Positions 38,421 through 50,179 of a DNA stretch of 64,000 nt are shown in pieces. The translations under genes and the position numbers were made by a program. The first letter of the stretch is position 1, and every line of letters begins with the position of its first letter. This DNA comes from Mobula hypostoma (taxonomy: Eukaryota): the NCBI RefSeq assembly GCF_963921235.1, contig NC_086097.1, forward strand, positions 39,496,001 to 39,560,000, written 5' to 3'. Below the pieces are notes generated by a model. That model did not search any database. It was not told the DNA's origin and saw only the letters and a program-made list of their open reading frames with translations.

Positions 38421-39664
38421 CGGTGGATTCTGGTTAATTGGGGCACATCGGGACAGTATATTTTAGCCCAATTAAGTGGCTGCCTCAGTTAAAGAAAGCA
38501 TAATAAAAAGAAACTGAGTAACAAATTAAGTAGTTAAATAAAATACAGCACAAATTAGAATGCTACCGATAGTACTACAGTACTATATAACTGTGTATTT
38601 CTTTGAATAGTTCTCGACGGAGGAATTCATCCGGTGTACACAATGTACAAAATCAGCACAGACACCTGGTGACTGCCTTCATACAATTGTATCCTCTAAA
38701 TCTTCATTTTCATTGTAACATGCAAGGTGATAGTTGATACTTTGAAATTCTTCATAGTGCTTAACTTGTTGAAGTAGCAAAACCTTTTCATTTTCACTCC
38801 CGGCCGTTTCTGGCATCTCCAAGCCTGAATGTTTGAAACTACAGTGAAGAAGACAGTTCGGAATTGTCTTACTACTTATTTCTCCCCTAGAATTGTGACA
38901 AAAATCACTGCTTTTTCATCACAAACCCACACAACTGACACAATTTAAAAACTGTTTGCTCTAAGCACGGTGTAGTAACGAACAGCCACACATATGCGTG
39001 TGACTGATGCTAGTTAGAACCTGTTCGGCAACAGCCTCCTGCACCAATTAAGACCATAAGACCGTAAGATATAGGAGCAGAAGTAGGCCATTTGTCCCAT
39101 CAAGTCTGCTCCGCCATTCAATCATGGGTTGATCCAATTCTTCCAGTCATTCCCTGCCTTCATCCCACACCCTTTGCTGCCCTGGCTAATCAAGAACCTA
39201 TCCATCTCTGCCTTAAGTGCACCCAATGACTTGGCCTTCACAGCTGCTCGTGGCAACAAATTCCACAGATTTACCACCCTCTGATTAAAGTAGGTTCTCC
39301 GCATCTCAGTTCTAAAAGGATGTCCTTCAAACCTGAAGTCGTGCCCCCTTGTCCTAGAATCCCCTACCATGGGAAATAACTTTGCCATATCTAATCTGTT
39401 CAGGCCTTTTAACATTTGGAGTGTTTCTATGAGATCCCCCCTCATTCCCTCATTCTCCTCAACTCCAGGGAATATAGCCCAAGAGCTGCCAGATGTTCCA
39501 CATACGGTAACCCTTTCATTCCTGGAATCATTAAGCAGCATAGTGTCCCAAAATAAACAAAGGGAATCCCAGCAATTTACTCAATTAGTTTTTGATCTTC
39601 AAGAGATGTTCCAAATAAGCAGTTGTCTCCATTAACCAATGGCCCAATTAACTGGAATCCAAAG
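38421..39664. mobile_element. Non-autonomous Tigger/pogo-type DNA transposon, interrupted by a CR1
   Basis: TA|CGGTGGATTCTGGTTAATTGGG ... CCCAATTAACTGGAATCCAAAG|TA. Confidence 0.8.
39052..39530 (-). mobile_element. CR1 3' fragment nested in the Tigger-like element
   Basis: MRGDLIET..KLFPMVGDSRTRGH; (agaccata)n tail; ATTAAG at both junctions. Confidence 0.88.
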
Positions 39665-40049
39665 TATTATTGTTTCTGGTTATTTAGCTGTGCATAGTGT
39701 TTCTTGCTCAGATTAACTTTGCTACCTTAATGCTTGGCAAGGATGCCATTTCAAAATAGTAGATTTTAAATCTCATCCTAGTCAAAGTATTATACTGGTT
39801 TTGTTTAGTAAGAATAAGAATTCTTGCTACCTGAATGTTAAGAACATTCAGGATTTCCCAGAATCCCCACTTAATCTCTCACCCTGCCCTGATTCACGTA
39901 ACATTAACATGAACTACGGTTGCATGTGTCAGTATTTACATTGTGCTCAGTCTGCTGACCTGGTTTTGCTTCTCGGACAGTGACATATTTTAGAGCAGCC
40001 CTTCTTTGTATGCTTTCTGTGTAATGCTGTATTTTATTTTCTATTTTTA

Positions 40050-40325
40050 TTTAAAGACACAGCGTGGATCAGGTCATTTTGCCTAACGAGTTGTGCTGCC
40101 CAACAACCTACCTATTTAACACTAGCCTAATCCCAGGACAATTTACAGTGACCAATTAATCTACATATTTGGATTGTGGGAGTAAAGTGGGGCTTTGGAC
40201 TGTGGGAGTAAAGTGGCGAAGAGAACGTACAAACTCCTTACACATGGTGCCGGAATTGAATTCTGGACTCCGGAAGGCCTGAGCAGTAATAGTGTCGTAC
40301 TAACTGCTACACTACCATGGTGTCG
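40050..40325 (-). mobile_element. tRNA-derived SINE (V-SINE/HE1-like)
   Basis: Minus strand ggtagtgtagcagttag (A-box-like), gttcaattcc (B-box-like), ggagtttgtacgttctc core. Confidence 0.65.
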
Positions 40326-40611
40326 TCAGGAACTCTGTACTTATATGAGGCTCCCTAGCTCTTGGTCTGGCATCCTTTGCATTAGTATGCTTTGGATTGT
40401 ATTCTTATACAACAATCCATGATCAAAGTATTGCATTCTCTCTGAAGGTGCCCTACATCCCAACGCCCCCTCCTGCTCTTAGATGAAGAAACAGTGACCT
40501 GAAAAGTTGATTCTGTTACTCTCTGTGCAGCTGCTATCTGACCTACTGTGTACTTCCAGAATTTTATGCTTTACTTCAGATTTTTAACATTTGCTTTTGC
40601 TTTTCCTTTTT

Positions 40612-41000
40612 CTGTGGTGCCTTCCATTAGTCTCGCGAGACCATGGATCTGCGCCTGGAAAGTCTTCACTCTCCAGGGCACAGGCCTGGGCAAGGTTGTA
40701 CGCAAGACCGGCAGTTGCCCATGCGGCAAGTCTCCCCTCTCCACAACACCGATGTTGTCCAAGGGAAGGGCAAGGGCCGATACAGCTTGGTACCAGTGTC
40801 GTCGCAGGAGTTGCCAGAACGAGGTTGAAGGCAATGTCGGACTGCCTTAGGGACTCCAGCTTTGGATTCGCCCTCAGGGTTTACTCTCGAAGCCTTTCCC
40901 ATGAGTGGGTATGGCCGCAAGGCAGTGGAGGTTTGAAATTAAGAATTTTCCCTCTCTTAGATGGACTGCCTTCCTAGACTGACGAGCTCCATCTACCTGA
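40612..41000 (-). mobile_element. Non-autonomous RTE-derived (bipartite) element B
   Basis: Minus 5' end ggtagatggagctcgtcag..ggcagtccatctaagagagggaaaattct..caaacc and 3' end gatccatggtctcgcgagactaa resemble RTE/BovB termini (recognised from memory). Confidence 0.65.
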
Positions 41001-41131
41001 TTTTTAAAGTGGCCCTGAAATAGAAACTATGTTTCTGGCTTTAAGAAGGACTGACAAATGATCCAGGAAACAGTGACCTCAGGACATCCTGCTTCAACAT
41101 CCATGAACATTCTCGCTGCTTATCAGACACT

Positions 41132-43350
41132 CATAGTCATAGTCATACTTTATCGATCCCGAGGGAAATTGGTTTTCATGACAGTTGCACGATAAATAAT
41201 TAAATAGTAATAAAACCATAAATAATTAAGTAGTAATATGTAAAGTATGCCGGGAAGTAAGTCCAGGACCAGCCTATTGGCTCAGGGTGTCTGACCCAAC
41301 AAGGGAGGAGTTGTAAAGTTTGATGGCCACAGGCAGGAATGACTTCCTATGACGCTCTGTGTTGCATCTCGGTGGAATGAGTCTCTGGCTAAATGTACTC
41401 CTGTGCCCAACCAGTCCATTATGTAGTGGATGGGAGACATTGTCCAAGATGGCATGCAACTTGGACGGCATCCTCTTTTCAGACACCACCGTCAAAGAGT
41501 CCAGTTCCATCCCCAAAACAACACTGGCCTTACGAATGAGTTTGTTGATTCTGTTGGTGTCTGCTACCCTCAGCCTGCTGCCCCAGCACACAACAGCAAA
41601 CATGATAGCACTGGCCACCACAGACTCGTAGAACATCCTCAGCATCGTCCGGCAGATGTTAAAGGACCTCAGTCTCCTCAGGAAATAGAGACGACTCTGA
41701 CCCTTCTTGTAGACAGCCTCAGTGTTCTTTGACCAGTCCAGTTTATTGTCAATTCGTATCCCCAGGTATTTGTAATCCTCCACTATGTCCACACTGACCC
41801 CCGGATGGAAACAGGGGCCACCGGTGCCTTAGTCCTCCTCAGGTCTACCACCAGTTCCTTAGTCTTTTTCACATTAAGCTGCAGAAAATTCTGCTCACAC
41901 CATGTGACAAAGTTTCTTACCGTAGCCCTGTACTCAGCCTCATTTCCCTTGCTGATGCTTCCAACTATGGCAGAGTCATCAGAAAACTTCTGAAGATGAC
42001 AAGACTCTGTGCAGTAGTTGAAGTCCAAGGTGTAAATGGTGAAGAAAAAGGAAGACAAGACAGTCCCCTGTGGAGCCCCAGTGCTGCTGATCACTCTGTC
42101 GGGACACAGAGTGTTGCAAGCACACGTACTGTGGTCTGCCAGTCAGGTAATCAAGAATCCATGACACCAAAAAAGCATCCACCTGCATCGCTGTCAGCTT
42201 CTCCCCCAGCAAAGCAGGGTGGATGGTGTTGAACGCACTGGAGAAGTCAAAAAACATGACCCTCACAGTGCTCGCTGGCTTGTCCAGGTGGGCGTAGACA
42301 CGGTTCAGCAGGTAGACGATGGCATCCTCAACTCCTAGTCGGGGCTGGTAGGCGAATTGGAGGGGATCTAAGTGTGGCCTAACCATAGGCTGGAGCAGCT
42401 CCAGAACAAGTCTCTCCAGGGTCTTCATGATGTGGGAAGTCAATGCTACCGGTCTGTAGTCATTGAGGCCGCTGGGGCGCGGCATCTTCGGAAGGGTAGG
42501 AGGGGAGAGTGGAATATGTGTTGGTTGGGGGCCGACAACAGATGACTTATGTGGGGGATGGGCAGGGGCCACACTGTCAAATCTGTTGAAGAACAGGTTA
42601 AGTTCGTTGGCCTTGTCCACTCTGCCTTCAGCTCCTCTGTTGCTAGTTTGCCGGAACCAGTGATGGTCCTCATCCCACTCCAGACCTCTCTCATGTTGTT
42701 CTGCTGGAGTTTCCACTCAAGCTTCCTCCTATACCTGTCTTTAGCCTCCCTGATCCTGGCTTTCAGGCCCCTCTGTATTGCCCTCAGCTCCTCCCTATTT
42801 CCATCTCTAAACACCCTCTTTTAGCTTTCAGGATGTCCTTAATGTCCTTTGTTACCCATGGCTTGTTATTTGAATAACAAAGGACAGTTCTTGTCGGAAC
42901 ATTGCAGTCCACATAGAAGTTGATGTAACCATCAATATCCTCTCCATGTGGCTCACAGAGTGCCTGCCAGTCTGTCACCTCAAAACAACCCTGGAGCGCC
43001 TCATAAGCCTCCTCCGACCATTTCCTCACTGTCCTCGAGGTTGCAGGTTTACGCTTCACCAAGGTACGTAGCAGGGTTTTAAATGAACGAGGTTGTGATC
43101 TGACCTTTCCAATGGGGGGAGGGGAGAGGAGCTGTATGCATCCTTAATGTTGGCGTACATCAAATCCAGAGTCCTCTCCCCTCTGGTTGTACAGCTCACA
43201 TACTGCGTGAAGTTGGGCAGTGTTCTAGCCATGGTAACATGGTTGAAGTCACCCGAGATGGTAATGAGGGCACTGGAGTGCTGGGTTTGTAATCTGCCTA
43301 TGACGGTGTAAATGATGTTACGCGCCGACGTCAGGTTGGCAGAGGGAGGG
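41132..43350 (-). mobile_element. Rex1/Babar LINE, 5'-truncated, frameshifted and internally deleted
   Basis: Endonuclease end (ISGDFNH, TLDLMY, SDHNLV) and RT (NDYRPVALTS, FFDFSSAFNTI, GAPQGTVLS, QKFSDD); (tagtca)n tail. Confidence 0.92.
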
Positions 43351-43584
43351 AGGGCTGGGTTTGGAGTGTCTATCAGACACTCCAAACCCAGCCTGACTCA
43401 CAGCAACCTATCTTGCTGACCTAATCTTGTGGTCTCATTCCATTGATTTGCATTAAATCACTCCTTTGGTGCCAAAAGGACATTTATCCAAGATCCCAGC
43501 CTTTATATTGAACAGTTAATGTAAATCCTGTTGTGTTGAGGAAAGATTGGTTAGCAAAGCTTCTGAAAACTTAACACTTCCAGC

Positions 43585-44352
43585 AGGTGGCGTGGCAAGG
43601 CAGCAGCAGCCTTTCGGATCTGGTGCTACTTTAATTTAGTTTTTAAATTTAATTTTAAGGCACAATTAGGGTTTAGGGCAATGGATAACAGAGCGACTGT
43701 CTACCATCTCCAGACACTGCCACATTACAGAGATCGCCCAAAAACAAACCTTCATGAAGATCTGCTGGTTAAATTGCGCAACCTCGGCTTGCTGAGGGGA
43801 TCGGGCCTACAGTCCTCGGAGTCGCCTGATGCCAGTGGCTGGAGGTGGGGACGTCGTAAGCGGTGTGTGAGGAAGCGGAAGCGAGGTGAGTGGACAGGAG
43901 TCCATGCCAGGAAAAAAGCAAGCCGTAGCCGACTGGCCCTCCCGTCCATTCTGCTCTCCAATGGACATTAAATTGGACTACATCCGACTCCAACCAAATA
44001 CTCGGCGGGAATACAGAAACAGACGGAATCCCGGACACCGCCATTCAGCTGTTTATTTATGTAACAGTTTTCCCCCAAGCCATTGGACTACTAACCTACT
44101 GCCCTCTGCTGTGCCTATTGTCTTGTTTATCATTTATTGTAATGCCTGCACTGTTCTGTGTACTTTATGCAGTCCTGGGTAGGTCTGTAGTCTAGTGTAG
44201 TTTTTGTGTTGTTTTATGTAGTTCAGTGTAGTTTTTGTATTGTTTCATGTAGCACCATGGTCCTGAAAAACATTGTCTTGTTTTTACTGTGTACTGTACC
44301 AGCAGTTATGGTCGAAATGACAATAAAAAGTGACTTGACTTGACTTAACTTG
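43585..44352 (+). mobile_element. Bipartite Rex1/Babar derivative (5' end fused to 3' UTR)
   Basis: Basic leader ending RLALPSILLSN plus IKLDYIRL (start of endonuclease), joined to the 3' UTR with aataaa and (gactt)n tail. Confidence 0.65.
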
Positions 44353-45199
44353 GTTATCTTAAAAGTAATCTTATCTGATCGTTGAAAGACCAAGAATCAC
44401 GATGTGACACTTCTACTTTCATTATCTGAATGTTGTGACAGACCTGTGTCCAAATCTTGTTCACATCAGCTGGTCTTAGCATGATTGTATAATTTTCAAG
44501 TCATTTCAAGTCGAATTGATTGTCACTTGCACGTACGGAAAGGAACAGGTGCAGTGCAAAACTTGTTTGCAATAGCAGACACATTGATTCAGAGAACAAT
44601 ACAGAGTACACAAACCATACAAAGAGTGAAGAAAGAAAAAGATTGTGCTGTGATGGATATTCACATCCTGGGCTTAGAGAGTCTCATGTTTTGCCAAGCT
44701 CACTTTCTAAAACACAGCAGCTGCCGCATGTCAAGATCAAACAGTTGTTGTAACTAAACTTCCAACTATATGCTTTATTTAGTTTCTATTGTAAATGGGG
44801 ATCAGTCTTCAGTTCTCAAAATGTAAATTGAAGCAGTAATCAGCTTGAAGTTGAAAAACAAAGCTTGGCAAACAAGCTCTGTATACAGCAGATGTTTTGT
44901 CTGTGGAATGTAAGAGGTAGCTCATGCACCTGTTTTAGGCTGATCAAGAGTGCAGTATAAAGCAATGTATTCTTTAATTCGGCTTGTTTCAAAACAGACA
45001 AAGCTCGCTAAGTTGTTGGTTCAAGGAAGCTTGAGACAGGATGGATAACAACATTTAGCATCTCTGTTAACTTATCTATTAATGTTGGAAGTTTTATATA
45101 CTCAGAAAAGTTAGCTTTGCAGCATTAGCTGAGAATTGTGTCTCCAAAAAGCTGTTACACCCTTTGTACAAGAAGGGTATCTGAGAAAATATCAAATGC

Positions 45200-45799
45200 A
45201 TGAGAAGGGGGACAGGGGACGCCCACGGTGACCGGGTCTCTGGCACTGAGCCTGGCGCTGTTGTGCAGGAGAGGAGGAGGGAGAAGAGAAATGCGGTAGT
45301 CGTGGGGGATTCCATAGTCAGGGGAACAGACAGGAGATTCTGTGAGCCTGACAGAGATACCCGCATGGTGTGTTGCCTCCCAGGTGCCAGGGTACGGGAT
45401 GTCTCGGATCAGGTCCTGAATATTCTAAAGGGGGAGGGTGAGCAGCCAGTTGTCTTGGTACATGTTGGTACCAATGACGTAGATAGGACAAAGGAGGAGG
45501 TCCTGAAGAGAGATTTCCAGGAGTTAGGAAGGAAGCTGAGAAGCAGGACCTCCAGGGTAGTAATCTCGGGATTGCTACCTGTGCCACGTGCTAGCGAGGG
45601 CAAGAGTAGTCGGATCAGGCAGATAAATGCGTGGCTGAGAGACTGGTGTAGGGGGCAGGGCTTCAGATTCTTTGATAATTGGGACCTTTTCTGGGGGAGG
45701 TATGACCTGTTCAAAAAGGACAGGTTACACCTGAACCCGAAGGGGACCAATATCCTGGCGGGAAGGTTTAATAGAGCTGTTAGGGAGGGTTTAAACTAA
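45200..45799 (+). CDS. CR1 ORF1 SGNH/GDSL esterase-like domain (5'-truncated)
   Basis: VVVGDSIVR, LPGARV, HVGTND, KDRLHLN blocks. Confidence 0.88.
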   Translation: MRRGTGDAHGDRVSGTEPGAVVQERRREKRNAVVVGDSIVRGTDRRFCEPDRDTRMVCCLPGARVRDVSDQVLNILKGEGEQPVVLVHVGTNDVDRTKEEVLKRDFQELGRKLRSRTSRVVISGLLPVPRASEGKSSRIRQINAWLRDWCRGQGFRFFDNWDLFWGRYDLFKKDRLHLNPKGTNILAGRFNRAVREGLN

Positions 45800-48700
45800 T
45801 TTGGCAGGGGGATGGGAACTGGAATGATAGAGCGGAGGAAGGGGAAAACAGAAATAAATCTAAGATAGTGAGCAGTAAAGATGTCAGGAAAGACAGGCAG
45901 GTGATGGGGCAAATTTGTAGCCATTGGGATGAGTTGCAGTGCAATAAAGTTGCAGTGAAATCAAAGCAAAAAGAATCAAATACTGGTCTTAAGGTGTTGT
46001 ACTTAAATGCACGCAGCATAAGGAATAAGGTGGATGATCTTGTACAGCTACAGATTGGCAGGTATGATATTGTGGCCATCACTGAGACCTGGCTAAAGGA
46101 TACATGTCTCTGGGAGCTGAACATCCAAGGATACACGGTGTATCGGAAGGATAGGAAGGTAGGCAGAGGGGGAGGCGTGGCTTTATTGGTAAGAAATTAT
46201 ATTAAATCATTAGAAAGAGGTGATATAGGATCGGAAGGTGCAGAATCTTTATGGGTTGAGCTAAGAAATAGCAGGGGTAAAAGGACCCTGATGGCAGTTA
46301 TTAATAGGCCTCTAAACAGCTGTAGGGATGTGGACTACAAATTACAACTGGAAATAGAAAAGGCTTGTCAGAAGAGCAGTGTTATGATAATTGTGGGGGA
46401 TTTTAACTTGCGAGTAGATTGGGAAAATCAGGTCAGCACAGGATCTCAAGAGAGAGAATTTGTAGAATGTCTGCGAGATGGCTTTTTAGAACAGCTTGTT
46501 GTTGAGCCTACTAGGAGATCGGCTGTACTGGATTGGGTATTGTGGAATGAACCGGAGGTGATTGGAGAGATTGAGATGAAGGAACCCTTAGGAGGCAATG
46601 ATCACAACATGATTGAGTTCACTGTGAAATTAGGAAAAGAGAAGCCGAAATCTGATGTGTCGGTATTTCAGTGGAGTAAAGGAAATTACAGTGGTATGAG
46701 AGAGGAACTGGCCAAAGTTGACTGGAAAGAGACACTGGCGGGAAAGACAGCAGAGCAGCAGTGGCTGGAGTTTATGCAAGAAATGAGGAATGTGCAAGAC
46801 AGGTATATTCCAAAAAAGAAGAAATTTTCGAGTGGAAAAAGGATGCAACCGTGGTTGACAAGAGAAGTCAAAGCCAAAGTTAAAGCAAAAGAGAAGGCAT
46901 ACAAGGAAGCAAAAATTAGTGGGAAGAGAGAGGATTGGGAAGTTTTTAAAACCTTACAAAAGGAAACCAAGAAGGTCATTAAGAGAGAATAGATTAACTA
47001 TGAAAGGAAGCTAGCAAATAATATCGAAGAGGATACTTAAGCTTTTTCAAGTATATAAAGAGTAAAAGACAGGTGAGAGTAGATATAGGACCGATAGAAA
47101 ATGATGCTGGAGAAATTGTAATGGGAGATGAGGAGATGGCAGAGGAACTGAACAAGTATTTTGCATCAGTCTTCACTGAGGAAGACAGCAGTATACCGGA
47201 CACTCAAGGGTGGCAGGGAAGAGAAGTGTGTGCAGTCACAATTACGACAGAGAAAGTACTCAGGAAGCTGAATAGGCTAAAGGTAGATAAATCTCCTGGA
47301 CCAGATGGAATGCACCCTCGTGTTCTGAAGGAGGTAGCTGTGGAGATTGCGGAGGTATTAGCGATGATCTTTCAAAAGTCGATAGATTCTGGCATGGTTC
47401 CGGAGGACTGGAAGATTGCAAATGTCGCTCTGCTATTTAAGAAGGGGGCAAGGAAGCAAAAAGGAAATTATAGACCTGTTAGCTCGATATCTGTGGTTGA
47501 GAAGTTGTTGGAGTCGATTGTCAAGGATGAGGTTACAGAGTACCTGAGGCATATGACAAGATAGGCAGAACTCAGCATGGATTCCTTAAAGGAAAATCCT
47601 GCCTGACAAACCTATTACAATTTTTTGAGGAAATTACCAGTAGGCTAGATAAGGGAGATGTAGTGGATGTTGTATATTTGGATTTTCAGAAGGCCTTTGA
47701 CAAGGTGCCACACATGAGGCTACTTAACAAGATAAGAGCCCATGGAATTACGGGAACGTTACATACGTGGATAGAGCGTTGGCTGATTGGCAGGAAACAG
47801 AGAGTGGGAATAAAGGGATCCTATTCTGGTTGGCTGCCAGTTACCAGTGGTGTTCCGCAGGGATCAGTGTTGGGGCTGCTTCTTTTTACATTGTACATCA
47901 ATGATTTAGATTATGGAATAGATGGCTTTGTGGCTAAGTTTGCTGATGATACGAAGATAGGTGGAGATAGTGCTGAGGAAACGGAGAGTCTGCAGAGAGA
48001 CTTGGATAGATTGGAAGAATGGGCAGAGAATGGCAAATGAAGTACCATGTTGGAAAGTGTATGGTTATGCACTTTGGCAGAAAAAATAAATGGGCAGACT
48101 ATTATTTAAATGGAGAAAGAATTCAAAGTTCTGAGATGCGACGGGACTTGGGAGTCCTCGTACAGGATACCCTTAAAGTTAACCTCCAGGTTGAGTCAGT
48201 AGTGAAGAAGGCGAATGCAATGTTGGCATTCATTTCTAGAGGAGTAGAGTATAGGAGCAGGGATGTGATGTTGAGGCTCTATAAGGCGCTGGTGAGACCT
48301 CACTTGCAGAACTGTGGGCAGTTTTGGTTTCCTTATTTAAGAAAGGATGTGCTGACGTTGGAGAGGGTACAGAGAAGATTCACTAGAATGATTCTGGGAA
48401 TAAGAGGGTTAACATATGAGGAACGTTTGTCCGCTCTTGGACTGTATTCCTTGGAGTTTAGAAGAATGAGGGGAGTCCTCATAGAAACATTTCGAATGTT
48501 AAAAGGTATGGACAGAGTGGATGTGGCAAAGTTGTTTCCCATGATGAGGGAGTCTAGTACGAGAGGGCGTGACTTAAGGATTGAAGGGGGCCCTTTCAGA
48601 ACAGAAATGCGAAGAAATTTTTTTAGTCAGAGGGTGGTGAATCTATCGAATTTGTTGCCACGGGCAGCAGTGGAGGCCAAGTCATTGGGTGTATTTAAGG

Positions 48701-48870
48701 CAGAGATTGATAGGTATCTGAGTAGCCAGGGCATTAAAGGTTATGGTGAGAAGGCAGGGGAGTGGGACTAAATAGGAGAAAATGGATCAGCTCATGATAA
48801 AATGGCGGAGCAGACTCGATGGGCCGAATGGCCTACTTCTGCTCCTTTGTCTTATGGTCTTATGGTCTTA
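45215..48870 (+). mobile_element. Near-full-length CR1 LINE (ORF1 C-terminal half, ORF2, tail)
   Basis: Esterase, APE and RT domains in order; (tcttatgg)n tail. Confidence 0.95.
45784..48771 (+). pseudogene. CR1 ORF2 (APE endonuclease plus RT) with a stop and frameshifts
   Basis: [54 protein letters not shown]. Breaks near 46990, 47040, 47550 and 48030. Confidence 0.92.
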
Positions 48871-49810
48871 AGTGGCTAAGAAAACGGCAATAAACGTAGA
48901 GAGCAGTTCAGGCTTATTAGGAATGGAGTAAGGAACATCATGAAACATGGGAGAAACACAGGTGAACTAGAATCCATTCCTGTGCCCTTGCTTTCTGCAA
49001 TGGACAATTTGTTCATCCTGCGTCATTAGTATGTCCTTTCCAGCCTTGTATCTGAAGGTCACTGTACAGTATAGACTGATGTAAGCTGGGAATTCTGTTG
49101 TCTTTCAAAGTTGAAAATAAATTTATTGTCAAAGTACGTATATGTACCACATACTACCTTGCGATTCATTTTCTTGCAGGAATTCTACAGGAAAGAAGAA
49201 ATGCGAAAAAATTTTTATGAAAAACTATATGGAATCATATAGTTCTGTACCTCCTTCCTGATGGTGGGATGGAGCAGGAAATTGATGGAAGATTCTGCTT
49301 TCCTATGGCAGTGCTCCATGTAAATGTACTCAATGGTGGGAGGGCCTTGCCTGTGTTGGACTGTAATGGACTCGGTTAACTACCTAAATTTCAGTCCATG
49401 GACTGAAGAACTTTGAGTAAACTATAGTTGGGAAAAGTTGAATTGAGCTAACTTGAGGCCAGCTGAATTCAATAGCTAGTGACCTAACATGTAGATAAAT
49501 TAAAGGTGCAAATTCTTCTATGGTCAGGTGTCAAATTAGAAGGTTTGTGATAAACATGCCAGTAGAGTAGTCAGCAGGGGAGTTTGAGTAAGAAAAATAC
49601 AAATGGATTAAGGTAGATTAGAACTTTAAAAAATGACCTAATTTGTTAGAAAACCGAGGGAAAACCTTAATTAGGATTGAGGTTATTTAAATACAGCAGT
49701 TGTTTTTAATCAGAGTCAGGTCAATATCGCTGGCATATGTAGTGAAATGTGTTATTATACAGCAGCAGTACATTGCAATACATAATAATAAAATCTGTGG
49801 ATTACAGTTT

Positions 49811-50178
49811 TGTCTGGAAGATGGCCCCTAAGGATGACCTGCTAGGAGAATACCGCAGAGAGAGGGCAGGGAATATGGAAATGGGAGTGGGTGAAGCAGA
49901 GCCAGAGGACCAGAGGTCATGGCAGGACAATCCACTTCATGGGATCTACCATCGCCAGATATCAGAGTTGGCTGACATAAGAAAGTCCTACCAATGGCTG
50001 GAAATGGCAGGGCTGAGGGACAGCACAGAGGTGCTGCTCTGTAGAGACGCTGCACAAGAACAGACGCTGAACACAAGAGCAATAGAAGCAGGAGTCTATC
50101 ACACCAGACAAGACCCAAGATGCAGACTGAGCACGGAATCTGCTGAAGCCATCCAGCACATAGTAGCAGGGTGCAAGA
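49811..50178 (+). mobile_element. R4-clade (Rex6/Dong-like) non-LTR fragment, zinc-knuckle region
   Basis: WQDNPLHGIYHRQI..SYQWL..AAQEQTLNTRAIEAGVYHTRQDPRCRLSTESAEAIQHIVAGCK (decayed CCHC preceding an REL endonuclease). Confidence 0.8.
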
Positions 50179-50179
50179 T

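Noticed and set aside
40978..40990. Plus-strand CTGACGA as a hammerhead core
   Set aside because: No stem II followed by GAAA; it is the antisense of the RTE 5' motif.
45200..45799. Stand-alone host SGNH hydrolase gene
   Set aside because: Directly overlaps CR1 ORF2; the esterase domain is a known CR1 ORF1 component.
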